DNA of 64,000 nucleotides from a virus (IMGVR_UViG_3300037840_000227:34783-98782); one strand, 5' to 3'. Shown: positions 19,852-29,904, counted from the stretch's first letter. Numbers and translations: made by a program. Notes: generated from the sequence alone by a model not told the origin.

Positions 19852-20259
19852 ATGACTTCTCCTGTAACCATCGTGGCTATGTTCAATCAGGCGCTCAGTA
19901 AAGTCACGCTGAGCCAATCCGGGCCGAGCGCCGCGACTGTCCAGACGCGTGTCTGGAACCCAGGCAGTGATCCGAACGGCAATCCGGACAAGGATGTCAC
20001 CATCGCCCTGACGAATTGCGTCGCGAGCGCGGATGGCTCCCTTTTTGATTCCCTTGGCCCGCATGTCCTGTGGTTCCAGCCGAAGGTGATGATCACCTTG
20101 GCAGCCCCCAAGACAACGCCGCCGACGTGGACAGTCGAGGTGAATGTTGGGGATGCTGGGCCGGAGAGCGGTGATACCGTCGCGCGGATCAGCCAAGCCG
20201 ACTTTACCTCCGCGATCGCCTGGGTGCGCGGATGCGGATTCCCCCTTTTAGTAGACTGA
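19852..20259 (+). CDS. Hypothetical protein
   Basis: AGGAG RBS; lies within the operon. Confidence 0.55.
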   Translation: MTSPVTIVAMFNQALSKVTLSQSGPSAATVQTRVWNPGSDPNGNPDKDVTIALTNCVASADGSLFDSLGPHVLWFQPKVMITLAAPKTTPPTWTVEVNVGDAGPESGDTVARISQADFTSAIAWVRGCGFPLLVD

Positions 20260-20434
20260 GCATCGGTGTGCGGCCCTGGCGCGTTCTGGCCCTGGCTCGT
20301 CACCACGTCGTTGTGGGCATTCCTCGGCGGCGTATTCGTTAGTTACCGCTATCATCGGTTTCTCGGCGAGTTTCGCGATGAACAGCTTGAGCAAATAAAG
20401 GCCGCGTTTCTCGCGATTGGAAAGGATATTGAGG

Positions 20435-21148
20435 ATGACGCCGGAGGCGCGCAAGAAACGGAACGAAGCAGTGCGGCGATGGATAGCCAAGAATCCGGAG
20501 AAGATCGCGGCGTACCGTAGACGGTACTACGACGTCAACTATGAGAGAATAAGAGAGCGCGCCAAGGAGGCGGCCCGTAAACGACGGCAGGAGCGGCCGG
20601 AATATGATGCAGATGTCGCTCGTCGTTATCGAGAGCGCCATCCTGATAGATCTGCTGAGAGCGCTAAACGCTATCGCCAGAAACACCGCGAAGAGCGCGC
20701 CGTTCAAAATAAGGCATGGCGAGACGCTCACCCTGAATATACAAAAGAGCAAGCTAAGAAACGATTGGAGCGCAACCCGACGATACATGCTGAGAGGTAT
20801 GCGCATAACAAAGATCGCATGCAGATAGCCGCGCTCCAGTGGCGAAAAGACAATCCAGACAAAGCACGGGACATCAACAGCCGTAGTGCCCATAGGCGTC
20901 GTGCTGAGCGCAACAACTCTGACGAGCACTATACGCTTACTCAACTACGCGCGCTCAGGGAAAAATCAGGCGGTCGGTGCGCCTATTGTGATACTAAGGG
21001 ACGCATGACGATTGATCACATCGTCTCCTTGCGGCAGGGAGGCTCAAATAGCATACGCAATATCCAGTTCTTGTGTAAGCCATGTAACTCAGCCAAGCAG
21101 GACAAGAACCCGATAGTCTTTGCTCAAGAAAAAGGACTACTCCTATGA
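20435..21148 (+). CDS. HNH endonuclease
   Basis: CAYC...TIDHIV....GGSN...NIQFLCKPCNSAK. Confidence 0.85.
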   Translation: MTPEARKKRNEAVRRWIAKNPEKIAAYRRRYYDVNYERIRERAKEAARKRRQERPEYDADVARRYRERHPDRSAESAKRYRQKHREERAVQNKAWRDAHPEYTKEQAKKRLERNPTIHAERYAHNKDRMQIAALQWRKDNPDKARDINSRSAHRRRAERNNSDEHYTLTQLRALREKSGGRCAYCDTKGRMTIDHIVSLRQGGSNSIRNIQFLCKPCNSAKQDKNPIVFAQEKGLLL

Positions 21149-21918
21149 AGTTCGGCAGAAATCGTCCTATCGCTCGCGGACCTCGTTTCGCAGTCAAGAA
21201 CTATTTAATGGCGAGCCTTCCTGATCCGCCTTCGACAATCAATTACGCGCCAAAGGCGCAACCATTTCTAGCGAACCCGCTTGGTAATACAGACTTAGGG
21301 GATTGCACATGTGCCGGGATCTTCCATCTTGGGGGCCTCTGGCTCGGCAATGCCGGCGCGTCTATTCTACTTACGCAAGACCAGTGCATCGACCTTTACT
21401 GCAATGCCTGCGGTTATGTGCGGGGTAATCCGGATACGGATCAAGGCGGAGATGAGCAGACGGTGCTTAATTATGTCCAGCAGAACGGTCTCGTGCGCGG
21501 CTCCCACAAGATCACGGCATGGATGGCCGTCAATGGATTGTCGCGCAAGGAAGTCGCGACAGCTATGTGGCTCTTCGAATCACTCTATTTCGGCATTGAG
21601 TTGCCCGATGCGTGGACCGCCGACATGGCGAGCATCCAAAACGGTTTTGTGTGGGACGTAGCTGGCGATCCAGACCCGAGTCAGGGACATTGCGTCGCAG
21701 GAGTCGGGTTTAACAATAAGGGCGTCCAGATTGATTCCTGGGGTCTCATCGGAACCATTACTTGGGCGGCGATCGCCAAGTACGCGACAACTGCGGGCAG
21801 CGGAGAACTTTATACGATTCTCGGCCCTGACGCGATTGACAGGGCGACTGGAAAGTCCCCCGTCGGGTTCGATTCCAAGCAGCTCCTTGTTGACCTGGAA
21901 TCGATGGGAATTGCTTAG
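21145..21918 (+). CDS. Papain-like (C1-type) cysteine peptidase
   Basis: GDCTCAG, GHCV and DSWG catalytic motifs. Confidence 0.75.
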   Translation: MKFGRNRPIARGPRFAVKNYLMASLPDPPSTINYAPKAQPFLANPLGNTDLGDCTCAGIFHLGGLWLGNAGASILLTQDQCIDLYCNACGYVRGNPDTDQGGDEQTVLNYVQQNGLVRGSHKITAWMAVNGLSRKEVATAMWLFESLYFGIELPDAWTADMASIQNGFVWDVAGDPDPSQGHCVAGVGFNNKGVQIDSWGLIGTITWAAIAKYATTAGSGELYTILGPDAIDRATGKSPVGFDSKQLLVDLESMGIA

Positions 21919-21932
21919 GCAGCCGGTGCCGC

Positions 21933-22142
21933 ATGACAAACACCTTCACCCCTGAATACTGCATCGCGCACGCTCGCTATGCCGCTGAGCAAGAGAGAGT
22001 GGCTGCGCCCTATCGGCGCGAATGGCGCACCCTCTCGCCCTATGAACAGAACAACCTCATGAAAGAGATAAGGGCTGTCCTCGATGCGCTCGAGGCGGCC
22101 GGCTATGAGAGGCCGACTGAAAAGCGGAGGGTGTTTGCGTGA
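21933..22142 (+). CDS. Hypothetical protein
   Basis: Short ORF coupled to the next gene. Confidence 0.5.
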   Translation: MTNTFTPEYCIAHARYAAEQERVAAPYRREWRTLSPYEQNNLMKEIRAVLDALEAAGYERPTEKRRVFA

Positions 22143-22339
22143 GCTGGCTGCTGATCTGGCTACTCATCGGCTGGATCGGCGTAGGGCTGGCCTTCGTCAA
22201 GCTGTTGTGGGGAGAGGCCAATTCTAAGAACGACTATCTGTTTGCGGTGTTCTTCACGATCGTTTACGGCGGCTTGCTCGGGCCGATCGGCGCTGCGACG
22301 GCATGGTATCTCTTCGTCTGGGAGAATAGAAAAGGCTGA
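22139..22339 (+). CDS. Small membrane protein
   Basis: Hydrophobic; GTGA overlap. Confidence 0.5.
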   Translation: MSWLLIWLLIGWIGVGLAFVKLLWGEANSKNDYLFAVFFTIVYGGLLGPIGAATAWYLFVWENRKG

Positions 22340-22486
22340 TTTCATCGCGCCAGCCCGTGGGAGCTTTATTTAGCCGTCGGGTGGAGATGATCGCAGGAGC
22401 GATCATCTCCAACGCGCTGGTTGCCGCGCTCCCGACTGACACCAATATAGCAGAAAACTTGATTGTGTTCTAATTCCCTAGTCGCC

Positions 22487-23185
22487 ATGCCACCTTCCCT
22501 CGCCATTGCATGCGGGTTCCAGCTCGAAGCCAACCTGATCGGGGAGAAGCCTGGCGTCGCAGTTGTTCAGAGCGAGGGGAGCGCGGATAAGCTCGAGGCG
22601 GGGCTCGAGGCCGCCGTCGCTGCCGGCGCCAAGCGCATTCTCAGTTTCGGAACCTGCGGTGGCCTCAACCCAGGCCTCCGCGCTGGCGACTTGGTGATCG
22701 GCGTTCTGGTGGCGGTCAACTCAACAACGAAGCTCACTTTCGATCTGCGCTGGGGCGCGCATATCAAATTCCTGCTGGACACCGATATCGCCGCGGCGCG
22801 GCTGCGCTCGAGCTTCGGCGTCATGGGCGCCTCGTTTGGCACGTTGGCGACGCCTGCCCAGAAGGCGGCCCTCAGGGCCTCCATAGGGGCCGATGTGGAT
22901 GACCTGGAGTCCTATACGGCTTGCCAAGTCGCAGGCCGCCATGGGCTTCCCCTGGCCATCCTCAGGGGAATCACGGACGCGGCGGACTTCGCTTTGCCTC
23001 CCGCGGCGCTCGCCGCGCTGACCGCAAGTGGCCAGATCGACATTTGGGCGGCGCTACAATCGCTCGGCGGCGACATTGGCCAGCTCCCCGAGCTCATTGA
23101 GCTATCCAATAATGTGGATGCCTGCTTTGCGAATCTTTCTGACGCGCTTGGCATTCTCGGGGAAGATTTCGGCTACGGCGCCTGA
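22487..23185 (+). CDS. Nucleoside phosphorylase (PNP/UDP family, HpnG-like)
   Basis: ILSFGTCGGLNPGLRAGDLVI, VDDLES and LRGITD.A...LP motifs. Confidence 0.75.
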   Translation: MPPSLAIACGFQLEANLIGEKPGVAVVQSEGSADKLEAGLEAAVAAGAKRILSFGTCGGLNPGLRAGDLVIGVLVAVNSTTKLTFDLRWGAHIKFLLDTDIAAARLRSSFGVMGASFGTLATPAQKAALRASIGADVDDLESYTACQVAGRHGLPLAILRGITDAADFALPPAALAALTASGQIDIWAALQSLGGDIGQLPELIELSNNVDACFANLSDALGILGEDFGYGA

Positions 23186-23263
23186 GGCGCTAATTACATC
23201 GAACCCGTGGAATTAAAATCTGTGTTATGACACCCGGCAACGGTCCGAAGAAGGACAGCGGGG

Positions 23264-23974
23264 ATGACAGACGATAACAGCATCGAGCGGGAGCGTCGGG
23301 CTGGCCACGGCATTGATCCTGAGGGCGGGAGGGTTATTGACCCGACGAAGAACGTGTTGGATCTCGTCAAGGCGGAGAGCAAATACCAAGACGGTATGCG
23401 CGATCAGCTCAAGGAGATGCACAAGTTCGCGATAGATTCCTCCACCGTCTTTCAGAACTACGCGCGCGATACGGAATCGCGGATGCAGTCTTGGATGAGG
23501 GATTCCGAGACGAAGCGCGTCGATCAACTCACAACGCAAAGGGCGGATTACGAGAAGCGTATCGCCGACATGCTCGCCGAATCGGTGAAGTCGACGCAAG
23601 CGCTCGTGTCGACGCAGCTTCTACAGATTCAGGGCGCCTTCGGCGAGCGACTGAATAAACTTGAGGAATTCCGGCTCGTGAGCCAAGGCCGAAGCAGCGT
23701 GGCGGATCCGGCCCTGGCGACGTCACTAGCAGCGCTCAGCTCCGGCATTGGCGACATACAGAGCGCCTTTGCAAAGGCGCTCGCCGAATCGACGAAGGCC
23801 AGTTCAGCCGCAATAGCGGAAATGGCCGCTAGCATCACGGCCTTGAAGGAATCTCGCGATATGACGGCCGGCCGCTTCCGCGGAATTGGCGAGAGCTGGG
23901 GAATCCTCGTCGGGGCGGCGGGAGTCATCATTGCCATTGCCGCCCTGTTTTACCACGCCGGGGCTCACCCCTAA
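23264..23974 (+). CDS. Coiled-coil protein with C-terminal TM helix
   Basis: Long helical body with a hydrophobic tail. Confidence 0.6.
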   Translation: MTDDNSIERERRAGHGIDPEGGRVIDPTKNVLDLVKAESKYQDGMRDQLKEMHKFAIDSSTVFQNYARDTESRMQSWMRDSETKRVDQLTTQRADYEKRIADMLAESVKSTQALVSTQLLQIQGAFGERLNKLEEFRLVSQGRSSVADPALATSLAALSSGIGDIQSAFAKALAESTKASSAAIAEMAASITALKESRDMTAGRFRGIGESWGILVGAAGVIIAIAALFYHAGAHP

Positions 23975-24046
23975 CTTCCAGGTTTTTCTCCCGCTAAGAA
24001 TTGTGTATAATCCGCTGCTAGGAGCGCCGTATCTTGGGGGATACAG

Positions 24047-24250
24047 GTGAAAGAGCCGAGCGAACGTCTCCGCTAGCTTGTCAAGGCCGCCCGCAAGGCG
24101 CGGCTTGAAGTGCTCGGGCTCAATTGGAGAACCGATCTGACGGCAGAGGACATCGCACGCAAGAACCCGGATCATGAGATAGTCAAGGCGTGGCGAAAAG
24201 CCGAGGAGGAGCTTGAGGAATTCACTGCAAGGCATAGGAGACTAACGTGA
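24047..24250 (+). pseudogene. 67-codon ORF interrupted by an in-frame TAG
   Basis: GGGGGA RBS then GTG: MKEPSERLR*LVKAARKARLEV...RRLT. The TGA overlaps the next start codon. Confidence 0.55.
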
Positions 24251-24474
24251 TCGAAGCATTTTTCAGGTTCCTGATTATCCTCGTCGTCCTCGCGCTCATG
24301 TTCTTCCTGGCGCTCTGGGTGATGGGCGAGATGGGGATCGTGCTGCCGGCGATGGTTCTGGTTTGCATCAAAGTGCTGGCGGTGCTCATAATTCTGCTGA
24401 TCGCTTGGCGGATGTTCGGTGGCTATCTCGGAGGGTTCAATATCTGGGGACCGCCGCCGCCCCCGCGTCCGTGA
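24247..24474 (+). CDS. Small two-TM membrane protein
   Basis: AGGAG RBS; hydrophobic. Confidence 0.6.
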   Translation: MIEAFFRFLIILVVLALMFFLALWVMGEMGIVLPAMVLVCIKVLAVLIILLIAWRMFGGYLGGFNIWGPPPPPRP

Positions 24475-24559
24475 GAAATGGACGAGCGCGCCTTCATCGG
24501 TTTTGTGATAGCCTTCATTATCGGCTGGGTGTTCAGCGCCCTAGTCTAGGAGGTTCCTT

Positions 24560-24829
24560 ATGAGAAAGATCGCGCTTCGCTGGCTCACCCCGCTCATGCT
24601 CTTGGGCATGACGACGTCGGCCTACGCCCAGGCCGGCTGCGACATCTTCCCATGGCCATGGTGCCCGAACGCAGAGCCTTCGATTGTCTGCGAGGGGCTT
24701 GGCTGCGGCGCGGCTCTTGGCAGTTTCGTATCGCCTACACCGCCGCCGGCTCCCCCTGCGCCAGCCCCGCACAACCACTGCGATCACAACACGGCAGCGG
24801 TATCGCATGGCGCGCACGGGCATAAGTGA
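24560..24829 (+). CDS. Small exported Pro/His-rich protein
   Basis: AGGAGG RBS; signal ending AYA-Q. Confidence 0.55.
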   Translation: MRKIALRWLTPLMLLGMTTSAYAQAGCDIFPWPWCPNAEPSIVCEGLGCGAALGSFVSPTPPPAPPAPAPHNHCDHNTAAVSHGAHGHK

Positions 24830-24841
24830 GGCGGACAGGCC

Positions 24842-25030
24842 ATGAAAGATGTTGTGATGCAATATTTCATCGTCCTGATGATCCACGGCACCGGCTGTCC
24901 TAACTGCCCGGATAAACAGGCTTATCCGGTGTATATTCAAGTCCCGTCCCTGGAGATTTGCATGCAGGTCAAGGAACGCAATCCCGATATGCCCGCTGAG
25001 TGTTGGGCGAAGCCCACTGGAGAGAAGTAG
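24842..25030 (+). CDS. Small Cys-containing protein
   Basis: Short ORF with CPNC. Confidence 0.45.
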   Translation: MKDVVMQYFIVLMIHGTGCPNCPDKQAYPVYIQVPSLEICMQVKERNPDMPAECWAKPTGEK

Positions 25031-25033
25031 ATT

Positions 25034-25621
25034 TCAAATGCTCTTCCATTTTTTCCTGGCGAGAATCGCGTGGACAGTTGTTTCCGACACTCCGTAATTT
25101 CTTGCGATCTGACGATTGCTGATAGTCCGGGGCGTTGCACGTATGGCTAAAACCTGCGGCTTGGTTAGTTTAGCGCCGCCATTTCTTTCACCATAGTTGC
25201 GCGTTCCATGCGCGATCATATCTTCTCTGTTTTCGACACGGGTTGCCCAACGAAGATGCTTTGGCGTTACGCAACCAAGACGCCCCTGCCCGCAAGAATG
25301 CGCAACCTCATGTTTCAGGGTGGGTGGAGGCCCATTAATTTCCTCGCAAATAATGCGGTGCACTGATTCCATCTTACCCCCCCCTATATGGACGACTCCG
25401 TATCCAACCCTCCTCGCGTATGGCCAAAACAAGCACTCGTTGCCACCATATGACTTCACAATTTCATTCATAAATCTCAATGGCTCCCCATAAGGAGTGC
25501 CTGATTTGGGTTTAAGGGGATCACCAACGCGCTTCCATTTTGCGTAATGGAAAGCGCACCATCCGAGCGCCTTATGTTTCTTGCCGCATCCTTCAATAGA
25601 ACATATTCTTTGGCCGGCCAT
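25034..25621 (-). CDS. HNH homing endonuclease
   Basis: CSIEGC...GWC..HY; VHRIIC...HSCG...CVTPKHLRWAT..EN..D; C-terminal HTH. Confidence 0.85.
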   Translation of the reverse strand: MAGQRICSIEGCGKKHKALGWCAFHYAKWKRVGDPLKPKSGTPYGEPLRFMNEIVKSYGGNECLFWPYARRVGYGVVHIGGGKMESVHRIICEEINGPPPTLKHEVAHSCGQGRLGCVTPKHLRWATRVENREDMIAHGTRNYGERNGGAKLTKPQVLAIRATPRTISNRQIARNYGVSETTVHAILARKKWKSI

Positions 25622-25649
25622 TTGAGAGCCCCTACGCTCGCGGTGGTTA

Positions 25650-25683
25650 GAAGCCGTAAGGTGTTGACACGCCTTACGGCTTC
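25650..25683. promoter_or_regulatory. Long stem-loop upstream of the HNH gene
   Basis: GAAGCCGTAAGGTGT-TGAC-ACGCCTTACGGCTTC. Confidence 0.6.
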
Positions 25684-25726
25684 GATATTGCTACCACCTT
25701 GATACTAACTTACAAGAGCAACCACC

Positions 25727-25894
25727 ATGCTCGGACTTCTCTTAATCATCTTCCTCGTTGTGGTTCTCTTGGGTGGGATTGGCGGCGGTAGCCTTGGCGT
25801 TCCCTACGGCTACGGATTCGGACATTCCGGTATAGGGATCGTCGGTATCATCCTGATCGTTCTCGTCATTCTGTTGCTGACGGGACGCCTATAG
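25727..25894 (+). CDS. DUF3309-like small membrane protein
   Basis: MLGLLLIIFLVVVLLGG...YGYG...IVLVILLLTGRL, read manually (below the ORF-track cutoff). Confidence 0.7.
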   Translation: MLGLLLIIFLVVVLLGGIGGGSLGVPYGYGFGHSGIGIVGIILIVLVILLLTGRL

Positions 25895-25898
25895 GCGC

Positions 25899-26429
25899 TC
25901 ACGTCGCCCCTTGAGGCAGCGGCGAGCCAATCCTTAGCCACGCGAAGACATCCTTCGGCCGCCGTGGGCGATCGGCGCAAGCGTCGAAATAGAGCGTCGA
26001 CACAAAGGCGACATGCTCGAGGCAGAACGCGCCGTAGAAAATCCTCTTCAGCATTTCCGTGGAGACAATCGCTTGGTGTGCATCCACCGGCGACGCCAGG
26101 ATGGCGAACACCAGGAAAATGCTGCGCATCACCAAGAAGTGCGAGCGCTCCATCGGGAGAACCCCATGGGTTCCCTTCGGGCGCCCCCGCCACCCCCAAT
26201 ACATGCACACCCAGGCCGGCGCAGTGAAGGCGCAGAGGGTATCCATGCCGTCCCAATTCGGCGTTGTCGTCAGCCGCGCTACGAGGATAACGCCCGTTAT
26301 GGCCGCGCTAACGAAGGTCACATAGGATGCGCGCCAGTCGAACAGATCGCGCGCCAGCCCCGCCACCGGCTGGTAAACCGAATCGATCAGCCAATCGTCG
26401 ATTGCACGGAAGGCGCCCACCTGAATCAA
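25899..26429 (-). CDS. Membrane protein
   Basis: Several hydrophobic segments; overlaps the DHH gene stop. Confidence 0.55.
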   Translation of the reverse strand: MIQVGAFRAIDDWLIDSVYQPVAGLARDLFDWRASYVTFVSAAITGVILVARLTTTPNWDGMDTLCAFTAPAWVCMYWGWRGRPKGTHGVLPMERSHFLVMRSIFLVFAILASPVDAHQAIVSTEMLKRIFYGAFCLEHVAFVSTLYFDACADRPRRPKDVFAWLRIGSPLPQGAT

Positions 26430-27343
26430 TCCTCCAAGAACGGCTTGCCATGCTCCGGCAGATGCACCGGCGTCGCCGCTGAGAAGCCCGCGGCGCTCTT
26501 GTGGCCGCCGCCGCCATAGGCGCGCGCGATCGGCGTCACATCATAGTCGCCGCGCGAGCGCAGGGAATACTGGAACCGTCCTGCCTCGGCCTCGAAATAG
26601 CAGGCGCCGAAGTCGGCTCCGGGCTTCTCGCAGAGCTCACCGGCGACTTCGCTGGCGGCAAAGTAAGGCGCATTGGCGATCCAGCATGCCTCCCCATGGA
26701 TTGTCGCCGGATAGGCGGATGCTTTCAATTCCTCAACCCGGCGCCGGTAATAGCGCTGGATGTCATGGCCAGAAGCGATGAGTGATTCGACGCCCTCCAT
26801 CATGAGATTCTCCCAGACGCCAAAGTCCTGCGGATAGGAGCGCAGCGCAATGGTGAACTCATCTCCGAAGGGGCGCTTCTTGCGCCATAGATCGCGGTCT
26901 TCGATGTAGTTGATAAAGGCCGGGCGCTGCCCTCCGAGGAAGAAATCCCAGGCCAACCCGGCGCCGGAGCGCTCCATGTCGAACAACGCGGCGATGGAAT
27001 GTTCCTTGATGCCAGGATCGAAGCGGCCCGGAATATGGCCGCGCGTCGGCCTCTGCCAGAGGCGATATTCCGGCGGCTTGGGAAGATCGGCGAGATCCTC
27101 TGAGGCGCTAAAATGATGATCTAAAATAACGATCGACGCTGCTTCCTTCGCCATCTCCTCGAGGACCGGCCGCTTGTAGGAGAAGTCGACGAAAAGGACG
27201 TGGCGCCCCTTCGCCGCCGGCGGCGGCTTCTGATAGACGCCTGGATAGAACTCCCAGGTGTTGTCCGGGAACGTCGACTTGACGATAAGCGCGGCGGCGA
27301 CGCCATCGTCGCACCCTCCGTGGTATATGCAAAGCGGTTTCAT
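26426..27343 (-). CDS. DHH/DHHA1 phosphoesterase
   Basis: YH..C.DG, VDFS, LDHH, DRDLW, SLRS and GGGGH..AAGF motifs. Confidence 0.9.
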   Translation of the reverse strand: MKPLCIYHGGCDDGVAAALIVKSTFPDNTWEFYPGVYQKPPPAAKGRHVLFVDFSYKRPVLEEMAKEAASIVILDHHFSASEDLADLPKPPEYRLWQRPTRGHIPGRFDPGIKEHSIAALFDMERSGAGLAWDFFLGGQRPAFINYIEDRDLWRKKRPFGDEFTIALRSYPQDFGVWENLMMEGVESLIASGHDIQRYYRRRVEELKASAYPATIHGEACWIANAPYFAASEVAGELCEKPGADFGACYFEAEAGRFQYSLRSRGDYDVTPIARAYGGGGHKSAAGFSAATPVHLPEHGKPFLED

Positions 27344-27498
27344 ATGCCGATTTCCTCCGAGTTCTCAGGCTTAGGGGCATAGCGGACGGCTTCCATCTCG
27401 AGCTTCTCGACACGCTTGCTGAGTTCCCTAAGCCATACAATGCACCAGAACACGAGCACGATCGTTAGAATGAAGAGTCCCATATCCATAGCGTCCTC

Positions 27499-27729
27499 TT
27501 AGTGCTTGTCGAGCTCGCCCTCGAGTTCCGCGATACGCCCACCGAGGCGGTGGATTTCGCCGCGGAGTAGAACGTGCTCTTCGTGCTTCGACATATAGCG
27601 CAGCCCGACAAGGAACCCCGTCCCGATCGCCCAGCAGAACAAGCCGTGGAATGTCGGTAGCGTCCCGACGGCGAAGGCGATGACAGCGAAGATCGCCAGC
27701 CAGAATGAGATAGAGCGGGTGTGGTGCAT
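27499..27729 (-). CDS. Small membrane protein
   Basis: Two TM segments plus a short coiled coil. Confidence 0.5.
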   Translation of the reverse strand: MHHTRSISFWLAIFAVIAFAVGTLPTFHGLFCWAIGTGFLVGLRYMSKHEEHVLLRGEIHRLGGRIAELEGELDKH

Positions 27730-27730
27730 G

Positions 27731-28129
27731 TCAGACCCCTAGCTTCACTTTGTCCATTGATCGGAGAACCGCCGTACGCCACGCGGCTCTCGCCACGGCG
27801 CTCACGGCGACTATCTCACGCCCCCTGAAATTTACAGTTGTATCGCCGGTAAACATGGTGCTGCCGTCAATATTTACCGTGAACGGCCCCTTCATATGCT
27901 GGAGCCGGCACCCGGAGACGGTCCAATCGTCCGGGGCTTCTCTCAGGGATTTGAGAATGCGTTGTGTAATTTCGTCCGTGATTAGCGCGGGATCGTTGCT
28001 GAGCCACTGGAGCAATTTCTTTATGCGGTCTTCGCACCAGTACGGTCCCAACAGCAGCGTCACCATGAACGCGAGGAAGAAGACTCCAAGGACAAGGACG
28101 CCGAAGAAAAAGAGATCGACGATGCTCAT
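27731..28129 (-). CDS. Membrane-anchored hypothetical protein
   Basis: N-terminal TM; GAGG RBS. Confidence 0.55.
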   Translation of the reverse strand: MSIVDLFFFGVLVLGVFFLAFMVTLLLGPYWCEDRIKKLLQWLSNDPALITDEITQRILKSLREAPDDWTVSGCRLQHMKGPFTVNIDGSTMFTGDTTVNFRGREIVAVSAVARAAWRTAVLRSMDKVKLGV

Positions 28130-28177
28130 TTCGCCTCGTCCTCTTCAAGCCCGTATGTCGCGCCCATCGTGTGTCCT

Positions 28178-28747
28178 CTAATGGCTATCGTCGCAGCGGA
28201 GCCAAACGGCTATTACGGAGCCGCTACCGTTGTAGAGGCATAGCGTATCGTCAGCCGTCGTCCATGCCGTAAGGCCGTTGGTGATGTTGCCTAGAAGTGG
28301 CGATGACGCGCCATAGACTGTGTTTTCTTTGATATTAACGGTGGAGTCCGGCGCCCTCGCGACGTGTCCGCCGCCGCCGATTCCTCCGAAGCTAACCGGA
28401 GGGACAACAGGCTGCTCCAGCTCGCTATGTGGCGAGAGAGGCTCAAACTGGTTCATGCTATTCGGAGCGACATTCAACGTACTGCCGCTGCCCCCGTTGC
28501 CGTACCAAATCTGTGTCTGATTGACCGGCGGGGCAGGCGGTGGGAACGGTATCGTTGACGCCCAGATGAATAGCCGCAGGATGAGTCCCACCGCGACTAC
28601 AGCGAAGAACGCCATCGGCGGCGTCGCCATGCCGAGGAGCCATGACGGAATGTGGACCTCTTCGGCGAACTTTGCGAATGTCCGCGGACACGCTTCAACG
28701 GACTTGGTTTCTATCTTCGGCTTAGCTTGCTTACGTACTGCCATCAA
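28178..28747 (-). CDS. Membrane-anchored hypothetical protein
   Basis: One TM segment with a Pro/Gly-rich tail. Confidence 0.5.
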   Translation of the reverse strand: MMAVRKQAKPKIETKSVEACPRTFAKFAEEVHIPSWLLGMATPPMAFFAVVAVGLILRLFIWASTIPFPPPAPPVNQTQIWYGNGGSGSTLNVAPNSMNQFEPLSPHSELEQPVVPPVSFGGIGGGGHVARAPDSTVNIKENTVYGASSPLLGNITNGLTAWTTADDTLCLYNGSGSVIAVWLRCDDSH

Positions 28748-28753
28748 GGCCTC

Positions 28754-29026
28754 CTATTCGAATGGCTTGGCGCTCCAGTGGAGAGCCCAGTAGAGGGGCC
28801 ACACGGCGCCGGCGATGAACGGGCCAAGAACTTCCGGGCCCCACCAGCATTCTGCGAAATCGGGGCTCGAAGCCTTAGCGTTCTTCACGCAAGCATCGTG
28901 TTCCTTAACCATCGGGCCCATGATGCTGCCATAAGTGGCGAGCCCAGCGATGATGTAGGCAATGGCAAAGAAGCCGCCCCAAAACTCGCTGGTGCTGAAC
29001 GAAGCCTCGTTGCGCTTCACTCTCAT
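28754..29026 (-). CDS. Small membrane protein
   Basis: Probable start MRVKRNE; two TM segments. Confidence 0.45.
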   Translation of the reverse strand: MRVKRNEASFSTSEFWGGFFAIAYIIAGLATYGSIMGPMVKEHDACVKNAKASSPDFAECWWGPEVLGPFIAGAVWPLYWALHWSAKPFE

Positions 29027-29408
29027 TGTCCACTCCCATGGCCATTCTCCTGAAAAGCCGCTGATGATCGCGAGAACCCCAATGAGCGCCATGGCCGTGC
29101 GCCCTATCACCGTAGGGATGACGAGGTATGCTGGTTGCGGCCCCTGCGCGGCGGGCGGCGGCGATGAATTCGAGCAGCGAGAGGATGACAAGCAGAGCTC
29201 CGACGAAGCCGCAAAGTCCGCTGCGGTGGGGCGGTCAGGGCTGGCGGCGCGGCCGTTTTTCCGGATCCCCCAGCGTCTCAATGGCGCCGATGCGCTTACG
29301 TAAGTGTGCGAGTTCACTTTGAATGTCGACGATCTTTATGTTCAAGATTCTGTTTTGAGCGTAGGCTGCTGTATCCTTTTGTTTCGTCATGGCAGTCCCC
29401 TTTGAAAG

Positions 29409-29433
29409 AGCGCCCCGGTGTCGTCGGGGCGCT
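29409..29433 (-). terminator. Probable intrinsic terminator
   Basis: AGCGCCCC...GGGGCGCT hairpin after the 29440-29904 gene. Confidence 0.5.
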
Positions 29434-29439
29434 GTTCTG

Positions 29440-29904
29440 TCAGATGTCGCCGTGAAGCGCTTGGCGAGCGCGCTCCGCTCGTACGGCGAAGTCATGGGCG
29501 GAATGCTGCGCCTGTTCGTACTTCGAGCCGGTCCAGCTCACGACCGTATCGGCCATGCCGAACACAACCGCGCCGACACCGCCGGCAATCGCCAATGACG
29601 CCATGAAGCCCGACACTCCGTCGCGCCAATAGTCCAGCGCCCGGTAGGCGAACACGGCGAGGCAGAGTACGGGCACGACGGCCAGCACCTTGTCGAACCC
29701 GTTGACGAGCCGGTTGTTGACGCCGACGGCGCTCGCCAGCTTGACGAACAGAGCCAGCGCAATGACGGCAGCGGCGATGTTGATTGGGATGGAGCCGAAC
29801 GCGCCCTGATACGTCGCGTTGGTGTAGGCGATTTCAAGCAGTGCGAGGAAGAGCACGAAGCTCGTTACAGCCGATACGCCGCGGCTGTTTACGTCGTTGG
29901 GCAT
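29440..29904 (-). CDS. Four-TM membrane protein
   Basis: AGGAGG RBS, four hydrophobic segments, and its own upstream intergenic region. Confidence 0.65.
   Translation of the reverse strand: MPNDVNSRGVSAVTSFVLFLALLEIAYTNATYQGAFGSIPINIAAAVIALALFVKLASAVGVNNRLVNGFDKVLAVVPVLCLAVFAYRALDYWRDGVSGFMASLAIAGGVGAVVFGMADTVVSWTGSKYEQAQHSAHDFAVRAERARQALHGDI

Noticed and set aside
29030-29390. Overlapping partial membrane-protein frames
   Set aside because: I could not define a consistent gene model; it may be decayed sequence.
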